From: a virus
Lineage: Duplodnaviria > Caudoviricetes
Virus record (IMG/VR): IMGVR_UViG_3300015263_001819
Location: 1-59,566 of that record
DNA length: 59,566 nt
Strand: one strand, 5' to 3'
Every line of letters begins with the position of its first letter. The first letter of the stretch is position 1. The notes below the pieces were generated by a model. The model was not told where the DNA came from and ran no database searches. It worked only from the letters and a program-made list of their open reading frames with translations. Positions 18,815 through 27,487 of the stretch are shown piece after piece. The position numbers and the translations under genes were made by a program.

Positions 18815-18983
18815 GGCGAAGCCGCCGCCGGTCCCCTCGGCGCACTTGTGGGTGTGCGAGTCGTGCGGGCATGTGCTGGAAGGCGTCTCGCCCCCCGACA
18901 CGTGCTCGTGGTGCACCCACGAGTACTTCGCAAACATGAAGGATCTCGAGGACGAACGCGCCTCCGACGGAGCGCTCGAGTAG
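18765..18983 (+). CDS. Rubredoxin-like metal-ribbon protein
   Basis: WVCESCGHVLEGVSPPDTCSWC matches the rubrerythrin C-terminal CxxCG...PxxCxxC pattern; start uncertain. Confidence 0.65.
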   Translation: MSASSDSAKSPPRRARKAKPPPVPSAHLWVCESCGHVLEGVSPPDTCSWCTHEYFANMKDLEDERASDGALE

Positions 18984-19010
18984 CCGACCGAGGCGCGCTA
19001 GACTTACGGC

Positions 19011-19298
19011 ATGGCTACCCTCGCCGGCTTCCGCGCCCGTTTCCCCGAGTTCGACAACGCTTCCGACACGTACGTCCAAACCGCGTTGGACGACGCGGCG
19101 TTGTCTACGTACGCTGACATGTACGGATCCTCGGCGCTCGCCGACCAAGCCGTGATGTTGAAGGCGGCGATCCACCTAGTGGAGAGCCCCCGGGCGCGGG
19201 AGATGCGCGTCAACATCCCCGGAGAGCAAGTCTACACCTACATGTCGCGCCTTCAGCGCCTTCAACGATCGGCGGCTATGGGCGTTCGGGTATTCTAG
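19011..19298 (+). CDS. Head-tail connector/adaptor (DUF4054-like)
   Basis: FRARFPEF N-terminal motif, AIHL, position. Confidence 0.8.
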   Translation: MATLAGFRARFPEFDNASDTYVQTALDDAALSTYADMYGSSALADQAVMLKAAIHLVESPRAREMRVNIPGEQVYTYMSRLQRLQRSAAMGVRVF

Positions 19299-19307
19299 GG
19301 GTTCTAA

Positions 19308-19826
19308 GTGCCCGCAAAGATAAAGGATACCGACCACGGCTTCAAGAAGCTCATGGGCGAACTCGGGGAACTCGGCACGATCACGATCGGCGTGCAAGGC
19401 CAAGAGGCGCTCTCGATGCACCCCGAGGCGAACATGACGGTCGGTGAGCTGGCCCAACGCCACGAACTCGGCCTCGGCGTTCCGCAGCGCTCGTTCATCC
19501 GGGCGTGGTTCGACAAGCACGAGGCGCGGCTTCGCAAAGAGACCGCCGCCGAACTCGAAGCGGTGCTGAAGGGCACATCCACCCGCAAGAAGTCGCTCGC
19601 CGCGCTCGGCTACAAATGGACCGAGGAAATCCGCGAGCACATCGACCGGAACGAAGTCGACGGTCCGCCGCTCGCGCCGGCGACGGTGGCGAAGAAGGGC
19701 CACGACACGAAATTGCTCGGCTTTACTTACACGCTACGCAACGCCGTCACGTACAAGCTCTTCCTCCCGCAGAAGAAGTCCATCCGTGATGTCGAGCAAC
19801 GCAAAGCGGCGAGAGGACAATCGTAG
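19308..19826 (+). CDS. Neck/tail completion protein
   Basis: HELG..VPQRSFIR, PPLAPATVAKKGHDTKL motifs. Confidence 0.8.
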   Translation: MPAKIKDTDHGFKKLMGELGELGTITIGVQGQEALSMHPEANMTVGELAQRHELGLGVPQRSFIRAWFDKHEARLRKETAAELEAVLKGTSTRKKSLAALGYKWTEEIREHIDRNEVDGPPLAPATVAKKGHDTKLLGFTYTLRNAVTYKLFLPQKKSIRDVEQRKAARGQS

Positions 19827-20201
19827 ATGCCGAACGGTACGGAAGTCCGGGGGCTGAAGCAACCACCTAAGCGCCGACCGCCGCCGCGCGTGCGCAAGCC
19901 TAGACGCGGGAAGTTCACCCAAGCCGCTCCGGGCGGGGCTAGGAGCCTCCGAACGACGCCGAGCGCCTCGGGCGCGCGCTTTCGGGCGCGCGGGCCGCGG
20001 TCGTTCCGGATGAAGCTCCGACCGTGGCGTCCGGGGCTCGGGTTGCGCTCGGCGTTCGCCCGGCAACTGCTCCGTATGCTTGGCAAATTGAGACAAACCA
20101 CATCCGCCGGGCGCTTCCGTAACCACGGCTTCACTGGCTCGCGCAATGCCGACGCTACGGGTCTCCGAGCCCGGAAGCGGCTCCCGCTCCGGTTCTTCTA
20201 G
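19827..20201 (+). CDS. Extremely basic Arg-rich ORF
   Basis: ATG directly follows upstream TAG and the ORF fills the gap to the next promoter; almost no acidic residues. Confidence 0.4.
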   Translation: MPNGTEVRGLKQPPKRRPPPRVRKPRRGKFTQAAPGGARSLRTTPSASGARFRARGPRSFRMKLRPWRPGLGLRSAFARQLLRMLGKLRQTTSAGRFRNHGFTGSRNADATGLRARKRLPLRFF

Positions 20202-20222
20202 CCGACGCGCTACACTTAGCCC

Positions 20223-20585
20223 ATGGAAATCGTAGCATCCGGGCATAGCGGCGGCGCGCGGGACAAGACCGGAGCGGACTCGTCTACGGTCGTGGCCCTC
20301 GACCTCTCCGAGTTCGAAAACCGGTGGGTCGAGTTGTGGTTCGACCAAGACGCCGAGATCGCGTGGGCGACGACGGCTACGAACCCGACGATTGCCTCGA
20401 CGTCGGCCGCAGTCTCGGCCAACGTCGACTCGGCCACCCCGACGAACGTCGGGCGGAAGGTGCCGGCGGAGACGTACGTGTCGCGCTTCGTGCGTCGACC
20501 GAATTCATTTTTGCTCTATCGTGCCCAATCCACATCGATTACAATCGTCGAAGTCATCCCGACGTCGCCTAAGCAGGTGTTCTAG
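20223..20585 (+). CDS. Hypothetical beta-rich structural protein
   Basis: Leaderless motif upstream; Thr/Ser-rich. Confidence 0.65.
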   Translation: MEIVASGHSGGARDKTGADSSTVVALDLSEFENRWVELWFDQDAEIAWATTATNPTIASTSAAVSANVDSATPTNVGRKVPAETYVSRFVRRPNSFLLYRAQSTSITIVEVIPTSPKQVF

Positions 20586-21358
20586 TGTCTGGCTTCCGTC
20601 GAGATTCGGCGGGGACCGCGCGCCGTGAGCCAGCGGAACCGCGCGCCGGGTGGTTGGAGCCTAGCACCCCGGCTTTGCCAGCGACGTTATACGGCGGCGT
20701 CGGCTTCGGCGGCGGCACGACGTTGATGACCGCATACCCTGCAGTACAGGGAGATGGCACGACTGGATTGTGGATCTGCGCGCTGGCGTGGTGGACATCC
20801 GTACCAACCGGGTATGGCTATTTGAGCGGGTGCTTCGGCGGGGCGACCGGTTGGGGCATAGAGCAAAACGCCGCTAGCTTGACGTTCTTCATCGACGCCA
20901 CCGGGACCTACTCACCGACGTACACAATAACCGGCGGGGTTGTAAATACTCCCATGGTTATCGTAGGGTGGTGGGATGGCAGCGCCGTACGTTTGAGCGT
21001 AAACGGCGCGGAAGTAGGCTCGGGTACTGCAGATGCAACCTATGCGCCCAACAACTCTCCGATGGCGTTCAATTCGAGAAACACCGGAACATCGGGCAGC
21101 GAAGCGTATCTAGCTGGGCTCGTCGGGGCGAATACGTTCATCAATGCCGCCGGCGCCGCCGATTTGTACGCGCAATTCGTAGCAACTCATCGCACTCCGC
21201 TAGGTGCAGCCCAAAGCGCCGAACACCGATGGGACGTCAGCGAGCAAGTCACCGGGGCATCTTTCCCCGCGGGCTTGGTTGACTCAATCGGGTCTGATAA
21301 CATGGCCTTCACCTTAGGGTCAGAGGCCGACATCACGCTGGGATCGCTGGCTTTGTAG
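20585..21358 (+). CDS. LamG/concanavalin-like domain protein
   Basis: VIVGWWDGSAVRLSVNGAEV motif. Confidence 0.7.
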   Translation: MSGFRRDSAGTARREPAEPRAGWLEPSTPALPATLYGGVGFGGGTTLMTAYPAVQGDGTTGLWICALAWWTSVPTGYGYLSGCFGGATGWGIEQNAASLTFFIDATGTYSPTYTITGGVVNTPMVIVGWWDGSAVRLSVNGAEVGSGTADATYAPNNSPMAFNSRNTGTSGSEAYLAGLVGANTFINAAGAADLYAQFVATHRTPLGAAQSAEHRWDVSEQVTGASFPAGLVDSIGSDNMAFTLGSEADITLGSLAL

Positions 21359-21419
21359 TACTCTAAGATGGGTGAGAAGAGAAGGCGCTGGACGCCCCAG
21401 CCCACGTTTCGAGCACGCG

Positions 21420-22709
21420 ATGGGTCTAGAAGGCCTTCCGATAGCGGCTAGGTGGAGAGCCAACTATTTCGACGGCACGTGGCCGTCGATTGGCGGTAGC
21501 GCCGTTTTCGAGGGCACCGCTTCTGCTTTGGTAGGGACCCTACGAGCCGGCCGTTACCCGATGGTCGCAACTACGAGCATGACGTGCGGCGCGGTGGGCG
21601 TCTCTGGTGGCTCATTCTCTGTCGCGTGGTGGGGCTATGCAGAGACGTCGTCGGTGCCTATTCGGCTTGACTTCGAGTCGCTGTACGCCCAGCTATCCTC
21701 CGTGCCCGAGTGGGCCGCCGGCGACTATTGGCGCTCTTCGCCGCCCACGGACACGCCGTGGGAGACGGCCGACGTGCAGTGGCCGCATTGGTGGGTGTGG
21801 GTGGTGGACCACGACAGGTGGACGCTTTATCGCGACGGCGAGTCCATAGGATACCGAGACAACCGCGGTGTCGCCTCCGGCTCGTGCGTCAGCGTGACGT
21901 TGGGCGACTCCGCTTGGAGTGAGATCGTTTTGTTCTCCGCGCCGCTGCGCCCTCCTCAAGTGAGGCAAACGTGGCACTACGCCAAGCGTTACGTAGCCAG
22001 CGCTTCTCGTGACGTGTGGGTTTGCTTGGGCGACTCGGAGATGGAAGGCCGCGCCGATCCGGTCGACGTGCCAGTCGGCTACCCGCCTTTGGATGGTTCT
22101 TTGTGGATGCTGAGGTATTTCGAACCGTCTACTTACTGGAACGCATGGTCGGAGTTGACGGAGCCGTGCAACCGATCGGGAACGTTCGCCGACGGCAAAG
22201 GCGTCGGTCCGGCGGGGTTGTTCGGGTGGCTTAGGTCGTTGCGGACGTCTCGCGAGACGGGCGTGTTGAATTGCGCACACGGCGGGCGTAAATCCTCCGA
22301 GCAGCTCGAGGGCGGCACGTATTGGTCAGTGAACACGCCGCGAATCGACGCGGCGTTGTCGACGCCTGGCGCTCGCTTAGCCGGATATGTGCTCTATGAC
22401 GGCGCCAACGATGCGGTCGATGCAGATCCCGCCTACGCGGCGAATTGGACGGCCACGCTCGGCGCTTACGTTGCACGCTACGGCTCCGCGCCGATGATCG
22501 TAACGCGTTTACCTACCACCGTACCGACTGATGGCGCCTATCCTTCGTGGGAGTCCGTACGCACCCAACAAGCCGAACTTGCGGCTGCGCTAGGCGCCCG
22601 GTTGGTCGACGCCCCTGAAGGGCCGTGGATCGAGGCGTACAAGCTTCACCTAGCGATTCCGGGGAGTTTGGGGGTAGCCACGCGGTGGGATGCTAGTCTT
22701 GGGGAATGA
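21420..22709 (+). CDS. LamG-like domain fused to SGNH (sialate O-acetylesterase-like) hydrolase
   Basis: TLYRDGE in N-terminal half; CLGDSEMEG, VGP, CAHGG, DGANDA, LHL in C-terminal half. Start may be 21372. Confidence 0.7.
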   Translation: MGLEGLPIAARWRANYFDGTWPSIGGSAVFEGTASALVGTLRAGRYPMVATTSMTCGAVGVSGGSFSVAWWGYAETSSVPIRLDFESLYAQLSSVPEWAAGDYWRSSPPTDTPWETADVQWPHWWVWVVDHDRWTLYRDGESIGYRDNRGVASGSCVSVTLGDSAWSEIVLFSAPLRPPQVRQTWHYAKRYVASASRDVWVCLGDSEMEGRADPVDVPVGYPPLDGSLWMLRYFEPSTYWNAWSELTEPCNRSGTFADGKGVGPAGLFGWLRSLRTSRETGVLNCAHGGRKSSEQLEGGTYWSVNTPRIDAALSTPGARLAGYVLYDGANDAVDADPAYAANWTATLGAYVARYGSAPMIVTRLPTTVPTDGAYPSWESVRTQQAELAAALGARLVDAPEGPWIEAYKLHLAIPGSLGVATRWDASLGE

Positions 22710-23986
22710 GCTGGGTCACCGTCCGCGAAGCCGTCCGAGTCGCCGTCGCTAGTTGCCTGGGCGTCGCGACCGACGCCGGCGGGCCGGTGGAGTGGGTCGA
22801 CCGCGCGCTCGCCAACCGATGGACGGGCAACGACGGCGAGCCATGGGCCGACCTTCGCCTCTCCCCCAAAGCACAAGTCGCCCAAGGCGAGACTCGCTAC
22901 GCCTACGACTCGGACAACGACGTCATGGTCGAATACCGGATCGGATGGCGGAACTTCACCGTGACGGTGCTCGTCCAGACCGAGTCGCAAGAGCCCGGCG
23001 AGAACGCCGTCGATTTGGCGTCGAATCTACAAACCCGACTTCGCCACTCGTCGATCCTCGCGGGCCTCCAGGCCGCGAGGATCTCGCTCATCGACATCGG
23101 TCCGGCCATCGACGCAACCTACACGGACTCCGAAGGGCGGGCGGCATCGCAAGCGGCCGTCGAGCTGTTCATGGCCACCGTCGAAGAGTGGACGCCGACT
23201 GTGCCGTCGGGCGACTTCTTCACGACGGTCTCGGGCGCTGGTCTTGAAGGTTCGGACCTAGCAGGCGTCTCCTTCGGACCGGTATCGGATCCGTCTTCGT
23301 TGCAGCCGATCCAAATGTGGCTACGGGCTGACACGAACGTCACGACGGTAGACGGGTATATCTCGGCATGGTCGACCATCGGCGAGACCGACACGTTCGC
23401 GCAGTCCACGCCGTCGCTTCGCCCGCCACTAAGCGCCGACTCCGGCGGTAATTTGAACTCCGAGCCGTCCATGAACGCCAACGACCCAGACGTTTTGGTG
23501 TCGTCAGCCGCGGCTCCTTCCCGGTGGGCGTTCTTGCACGACGGGTCGCCGTGGACGGTTATCGTGCCGCTCCACCACTACTCACCTTCCCATGGCACGG
23601 ACATGTTGCTGACTACTGGCGGCGACGCGAACGATGTCGGCGTCCAGATCTTTTTGGACTCCTCACATCAAGTGAACGCGACGATCGCGAACGGCTCGGG
23701 GACGTACCACATCCAGCTCGTAGGGCCGGAGTTGCTCCACGCAGAAGACGAATGGTTTGCAGTCCGCTACGACGGAAGCGAGGCCCGAGTCGACGCCAGC
23801 GCAGGGTCGGCGACGGTGGCCGCGGTGGGCTCGCCGTCAAGTAGCGACCCGCTGACGACGCTGATGTTGGCCGGAGACGATTGCTACATTCCGGAAATCG
23901 TTGTGTATTCGTCGTACGTGTCCGACGACAATCTCGCCGCACTCGTCACGAACTACCTCGTTCCGAGGTACGGCGTCGCGGCATAA
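22706..23986 (+). CDS. Tail terminator/neck protein fused to C-terminal LamG-like domain
   Basis: Position before sheath; N-terminal ~175 aa neck-like; MWLRAD...W....FAQST...RP and EIVVYS...NYLVPRYG in C-terminus. Confidence 0.7.
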   Translation: MSWVTVREAVRVAVASCLGVATDAGGPVEWVDRALANRWTGNDGEPWADLRLSPKAQVAQGETRYAYDSDNDVMVEYRIGWRNFTVTVLVQTESQEPGENAVDLASNLQTRLRHSSILAGLQAARISLIDIGPAIDATYTDSEGRAASQAAVELFMATVEEWTPTVPSGDFFTTVSGAGLEGSDLAGVSFGPVSDPSSLQPIQMWLRADTNVTTVDGYISAWSTIGETDTFAQSTPSLRPPLSADSGGNLNSEPSMNANDPDVLVSSAAAPSRWAFLHDGSPWTVIVPLHHYSPSHGTDMLLTTGGDANDVGVQIFLDSSHQVNATIANGSGTYHIQLVGPELLHAEDEWFAVRYDGSEARVDASAGSATVAAVGSPSSSDPLTTLMLAGDDCYIPEIVVYSSYVSDDNLAALVTNYLVPRYGVAA

Positions 23987-24060
23987 GGACGCCCGGGGCG
24001 GCCAAAGCGTTCGGTGTGCTAACCTACAAGCAGGTTTAGAAACCCTCGCGAGGTTTGCAC

Positions 24061-25386
24061 GTGGCGGAAATCGACTCAATTGTTGCGGTGAGCATCACGG
24101 CGGATACGACCAATCCGTCGCGCGCGGGTTTCGGCACGCCGTTGGTGCTGACCTACCATACCCGCTTCGCGGATTCGTACCGCACGTATTCTTCGATCTC
24201 GGAGATGGTGTCGGACGGCTTCACGTCCTATGACGACGCCTACCGGATGGTGGCGAAGATCTTCGCGCAGAACCCGTCGCCGCAAGAGGTCGTGGTTGGG
24301 CGCCTTTCGTCTGCGCCGTCCTACACGCGGACGGTGACCATCACCTCCGCCACCGAGGGCGAGTACGTCCGGTGTACGGTGGTCGACCCGACGTCGGGCG
24401 GCGCCACGGACATCGAGTACCTCATCGGCAATTCGGAGACGACCACGACCGTCGCGACGGCGGTGGAGCTGCTCATCGAAGCGGTGACCGGTGTCGACTC
24501 GTCGTCGGCTGGCGCCGTCATCACGGTTACGCCTACGACCGCCGGCCGTCAGGTCTTCATATACGACCTCGAGAATTGCACGGTCCAGGATACGACCGCG
24601 GACCCGGGCGTAGGCGCGGCGCTCGACGCGCTCCAGCTCGAGAACGACGATTGGTATTGGGTGCTGTGCAGCATCGGCTCACAGGCCGTCATCAACGCGT
24701 TGGCGCTGTGGGTGTCGACGCAGAAGAAGCTCTACGGGGCGACGGTTTCAGACACGATCGAGCTGACCGGCGCCGGCACGATCGGCTCGACGCTGGCCAC
24801 GGCCTACTCCACCGATTCGCGCGTCTTCACGATCCTCTCGAAGCGCCCCGACCAATTCGCCGCCGCCGCTTGGGTGGGCGTAATGGCGTCGCGCGACCCG
24901 GGCACGTATGCCGCGGCGCTCAAGTCGCTCTCGGGCGTGACCGCCGATGGGTTGACGACGACCCAAAAGAACTACCTCGAAGCCGACGACATCAACCACT
25001 ACATGTCGGTGAACTCGGTCTCGATCACCCGCAACGGGGTACTCTCGGACGGGACGTATATCGACGACCGGCACGGCATCGATGCCTTGCTCGCGGCCGT
25101 TCAGGAGGCCGTGTACACGGTGTTCGTGAACTCGGACAAGGTCCCTTACACCGAGGCCGGGCTCGACATCGTGAAGTACAACATCCTCGCAGCCATGCAG
25201 CGCTTCGAGGGCACCGCGGACGTGCCCGGGTTGCTCACCCCCGGAACCTCGGCCGTCATCATGCCGACCATCGCCTCCATCTCGAACGCGGACAAGCTAG
25301 CTCGGCGGTTGACGGGCGTGCGGTTCACCGCCGAACTCGCCGGCGCCATCCAGGGCGCGACCCTCGTCGGTAGCCTGAGCGTCTAG
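24061..25386 (+). CDS. Tail sheath protein (DUF3383-like)
   Basis: RAGFGTPL, IFAQNP.P, DDWY, LKSLSGV, YIDDRHGID.L, KVPYTEAG, LAGAI motifs. Confidence 0.92.
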   Translation: MAEIDSIVAVSITADTTNPSRAGFGTPLVLTYHTRFADSYRTYSSISEMVSDGFTSYDDAYRMVAKIFAQNPSPQEVVVGRLSSAPSYTRTVTITSATEGEYVRCTVVDPTSGGATDIEYLIGNSETTTTVATAVELLIEAVTGVDSSSAGAVITVTPTTAGRQVFIYDLENCTVQDTTADPGVGAALDALQLENDDWYWVLCSIGSQAVINALALWVSTQKKLYGATVSDTIELTGAGTIGSTLATAYSTDSRVFTILSKRPDQFAAAAWVGVMASRDPGTYAAALKSLSGVTADGLTTTQKNYLEADDINHYMSVNSVSITRNGVLSDGTYIDDRHGIDALLAAVQEAVYTVFVNSDKVPYTEAGLDIVKYNILAAMQRFEGTADVPGLLTPGTSAVIMPTIASISNADKLARRLTGVRFTAELAGAIQGATLVGSLSV

Positions 25387-25399
25387 TCCTAGGCCACAA

Positions 25400-25642
25400 A
25401 TGTCAAGAGTTCGAGCCACTTACTCGGACGTGGTCTGGCTTTCGCTCGACCGCATCCTGACCGGCGCGGCGTGGGCGCAAACCCCCGACGACGAGCGGGT
25501 CACCGTCCGCCGCCTCGGCGACTCGACGTGGCGCTACAACATCGCCGGCGAGGTCTTCGGCCCGTTCGCGACCTATGACGCGGCGCTGAAGGACCTCGAC
25601 CAACAGCTCCTTGGGCGCGGGTGGCTGCTCCGACTCGGGTAA
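25400..25642 (+). CDS. Small hypothetical protein between sheath and tube
   Basis: ORF fills the gap with plausible composition. Confidence 0.55.
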   Translation: MSRVRATYSDVVWLSLDRILTGAAWAQTPDDERVTVRRLGDSTWRYNIAGEVFGPFATYDAALKDLDQQLLGRGWLLRLG

Positions 25643-25690
25643 CCGCCCGGCGTGCTATCGTAATACAAATTACCGACGTCGAGGAGACGC

Positions 25691-26125
25691 ATGCCGACGC
25701 CCCAGACCACGATTCACGACCTAGACCAATGGACGCTGTTGTACGGTGCGGCGCTCATCGACGGGTTTGGCCCGGACGAGGTCGCCTCGATCACGTTCCC
25801 TCAGGCATTCACCAAGATCACCGGCGCCGACGGCAAGGTCACCCGGTCCAAGACCCTCGACACGACGGCGATGGTCACCTTCAAGCTCATGACGTCGTCC
25901 GCGGCCAACGCCGCGCTGAGCGCGCTGCTCACGGCGGACTTGGCCGCGCCCAACGGCGTCGGCGTCCTGCCGCTCGTGCTCGTCGACCGCCAAGGCACGA
26001 CGGCCTTTCAGTCTCCTTCGGCGTGGATCGAGAAGTGGCCGGATTTCTCGCTCACGCGTGAAGCCACGGTCGTCGAGTGGGTGTTCGCATGCTCGCGCAT
26101 GACGCCGTATCTGGGCGGCAACTAG
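25691..26125 (+). CDS. Tail tube protein (DUF3277-like)
   Basis: IDGF, GADG, LMTSSAAN..L, AWIEKWP, EW motifs; SD gaggag. Confidence 0.88.
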   Translation: MPTPQTTIHDLDQWTLLYGAALIDGFGPDEVASITFPQAFTKITGADGKVTRSKTLDTTAMVTFKLMTSSAANAALSALLTADLAAPNGVGVLPLVLVDRQGTTAFQSPSAWIEKWPDFSLTREATVVEWVFACSRMTPYLGGN

Positions 26126-26817
26126 TAGCGGGTGACGGCGCCCTCCATGCGCTGTTCATCCACGGTGTAGGCGAGCAATCCCCCGCCTTCGCCACGCTAG
26201 CCGCCGCGCGCTTCGGCGACGCGTTGGACGACCGCAGCATCCGGCTCTACCACACCTCAGCACACTGGGCGCCGCTCGCCGACCGCCTCGAGTCGGACTT
26301 CATGTCGCGGGTGGTGGCTAAAGGCTCGGCTGGGCGCCCGCTTCAGCACCTCGTCGCGATGACCCTCGCCGATGCGCTCGTCTACCAATCGAACGGCGCG
26401 CTCCGCGAGCAAATTCAAGCGCTGCTCGACCGCGAGATCGCGCGGCTTCGGGGGCGGCACGTCGTCGTCTTTGCCCATTCGCTCGGGTGCTTGATCTTCA
26501 CCGACTACCTCCGCGCGCGCCCGAACCTCAAGAACGTCTCGCTCGTGACTATGGGGCTCAACCTCGAGTTGTTCTTCCTAGGAGAGCGTGTGCCGAGGGT
26601 GCCGCAACTCGAGAACACCGGGTGGGTAAACCTCTATGATCGCGACGATCTTTTGGGGTGGCCGGCGACCGACCCGAACCTCAAGAAGGTCCTCAACTAC
26701 GAGGTCTCGGTGGGTAGTTGGTGGCAACGGTGGATCGTTCGCGGCGCGGCGCACATCGGGTATTGGGACGACCGGAAGTTGTGGTCGAAGACGATGCCTT
26801 TCGTGCTCGGTTTGTAG
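26089..26817 (+). CDS. Alpha/beta hydrolase
   Basis: FIHGVG, nucleophile elbow AHSLG, LVTMG, NLYDRDDLLG, AHIGYW; start uncertain. Confidence 0.8.
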   Translation: MLAHDAVSGRQLVAGDGALHALFIHGVGEQSPAFATLAAARFGDALDDRSIRLYHTSAHWAPLADRLESDFMSRVVAKGSAGRPLQHLVAMTLADALVYQSNGALREQIQALLDREIARLRGRHVVVFAHSLGCLIFTDYLRARPNLKNVSLVTMGLNLELFFLGERVPRVPQLENTGWVNLYDRDDLLGWPATDPNLKKVLNYEVSVGSWWQRWIVRGAAHIGYWDDRKLWSKTMPFVLGL

Positions 26818-26850
26818 CACGAGCCACATCCCGGTGCTACACTACACGTC

Positions 26851-27297
26851 ATGCTCAAATCCGAGGAAATCGATCTCATCGGTCGTAAATTCACGATCCG
26901 AACGCTGAAGTACGGCAAGGCCCGCGAGGTCTACTCCAAGCTTCAGAACATCCTGCTCGCCTACGTCGATGACGAGGCCGCCTCTTTCGGCGCGGTGATG
27001 GGGGCCATGATGGGCGGAGCCATCTCGGACGCCGACTTCGACTTCATCGTCGAGCGCTTCGGCGAGGAGACGACCGTAGTGTCGTACGTCGACGGCAAGG
27101 AGCACGTCATCCCGAGGCTCAACAAGGAGGCCCGAGAGGACGTATTCGCCGGCGAGTTCCAAGCCGTGTTCGATTGGCTCGAGGCGTGCATCCAGCTCAA
27201 CTTCGCGGGTGTCGTAAAAAAACTCGAAGCCGTCAAGCCCGCAGTCGCCGAAGCCAAGGAGAAGCTCCGGGCGGCGACGGGGCTGTCGGCGGCGTAA
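26851..27297 (+). CDS. Tail assembly chaperone (G-type)
   Basis: Upstream of tape measure; contains slippery A7 run. Confidence 0.8.
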   Translation: MLKSEEIDLIGRKFTIRTLKYGKAREVYSKLQNILLAYVDDEAASFGAVMGAMMGGAISDADFDFIVERFGEETTVVSYVDGKEHVIPRLNKEAREDVFAGEFQAVFDWLEACIQLNFAGVVKKLEAVKPAVAEAKEKLRAATGLSAA

Positions 27298-27479
27298 AGG
27301 ACCTCGAAGGCATCGACTTGGAGGTGTGGTCGATCATGACCTCCGAGCACTTCAGCGTGCCGTCCCCACGCACGATCCTAGAAGAGTGGTCCGCCGAGGA
27401 CGTCCTGGACGCGTTCATCTTGCTGGAATGGTTTGCGAAACGCCGAGAGGATGCCGCGAAGAAAGCCGCGGCATGCTAA
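27216..27479 (+). CDS. -1 frameshift extension of tail assembly chaperone (GT-type)
   Basis: In-frame A AAA AAA at 27216-27222; -1 frame is open to 27479 (WSAEDVLDA). Confidence 0.8.
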   Translation, partial: KKTRSRQARSRRSQGEAPGGDGAVGGVKDLEGIDLEVWSIMTSEHFSVPSPRTILEEWSAEDVLDAFILLEWFAKRREDAAKKAAAC

Positions 27480-27487
27480 CCTAGGGC

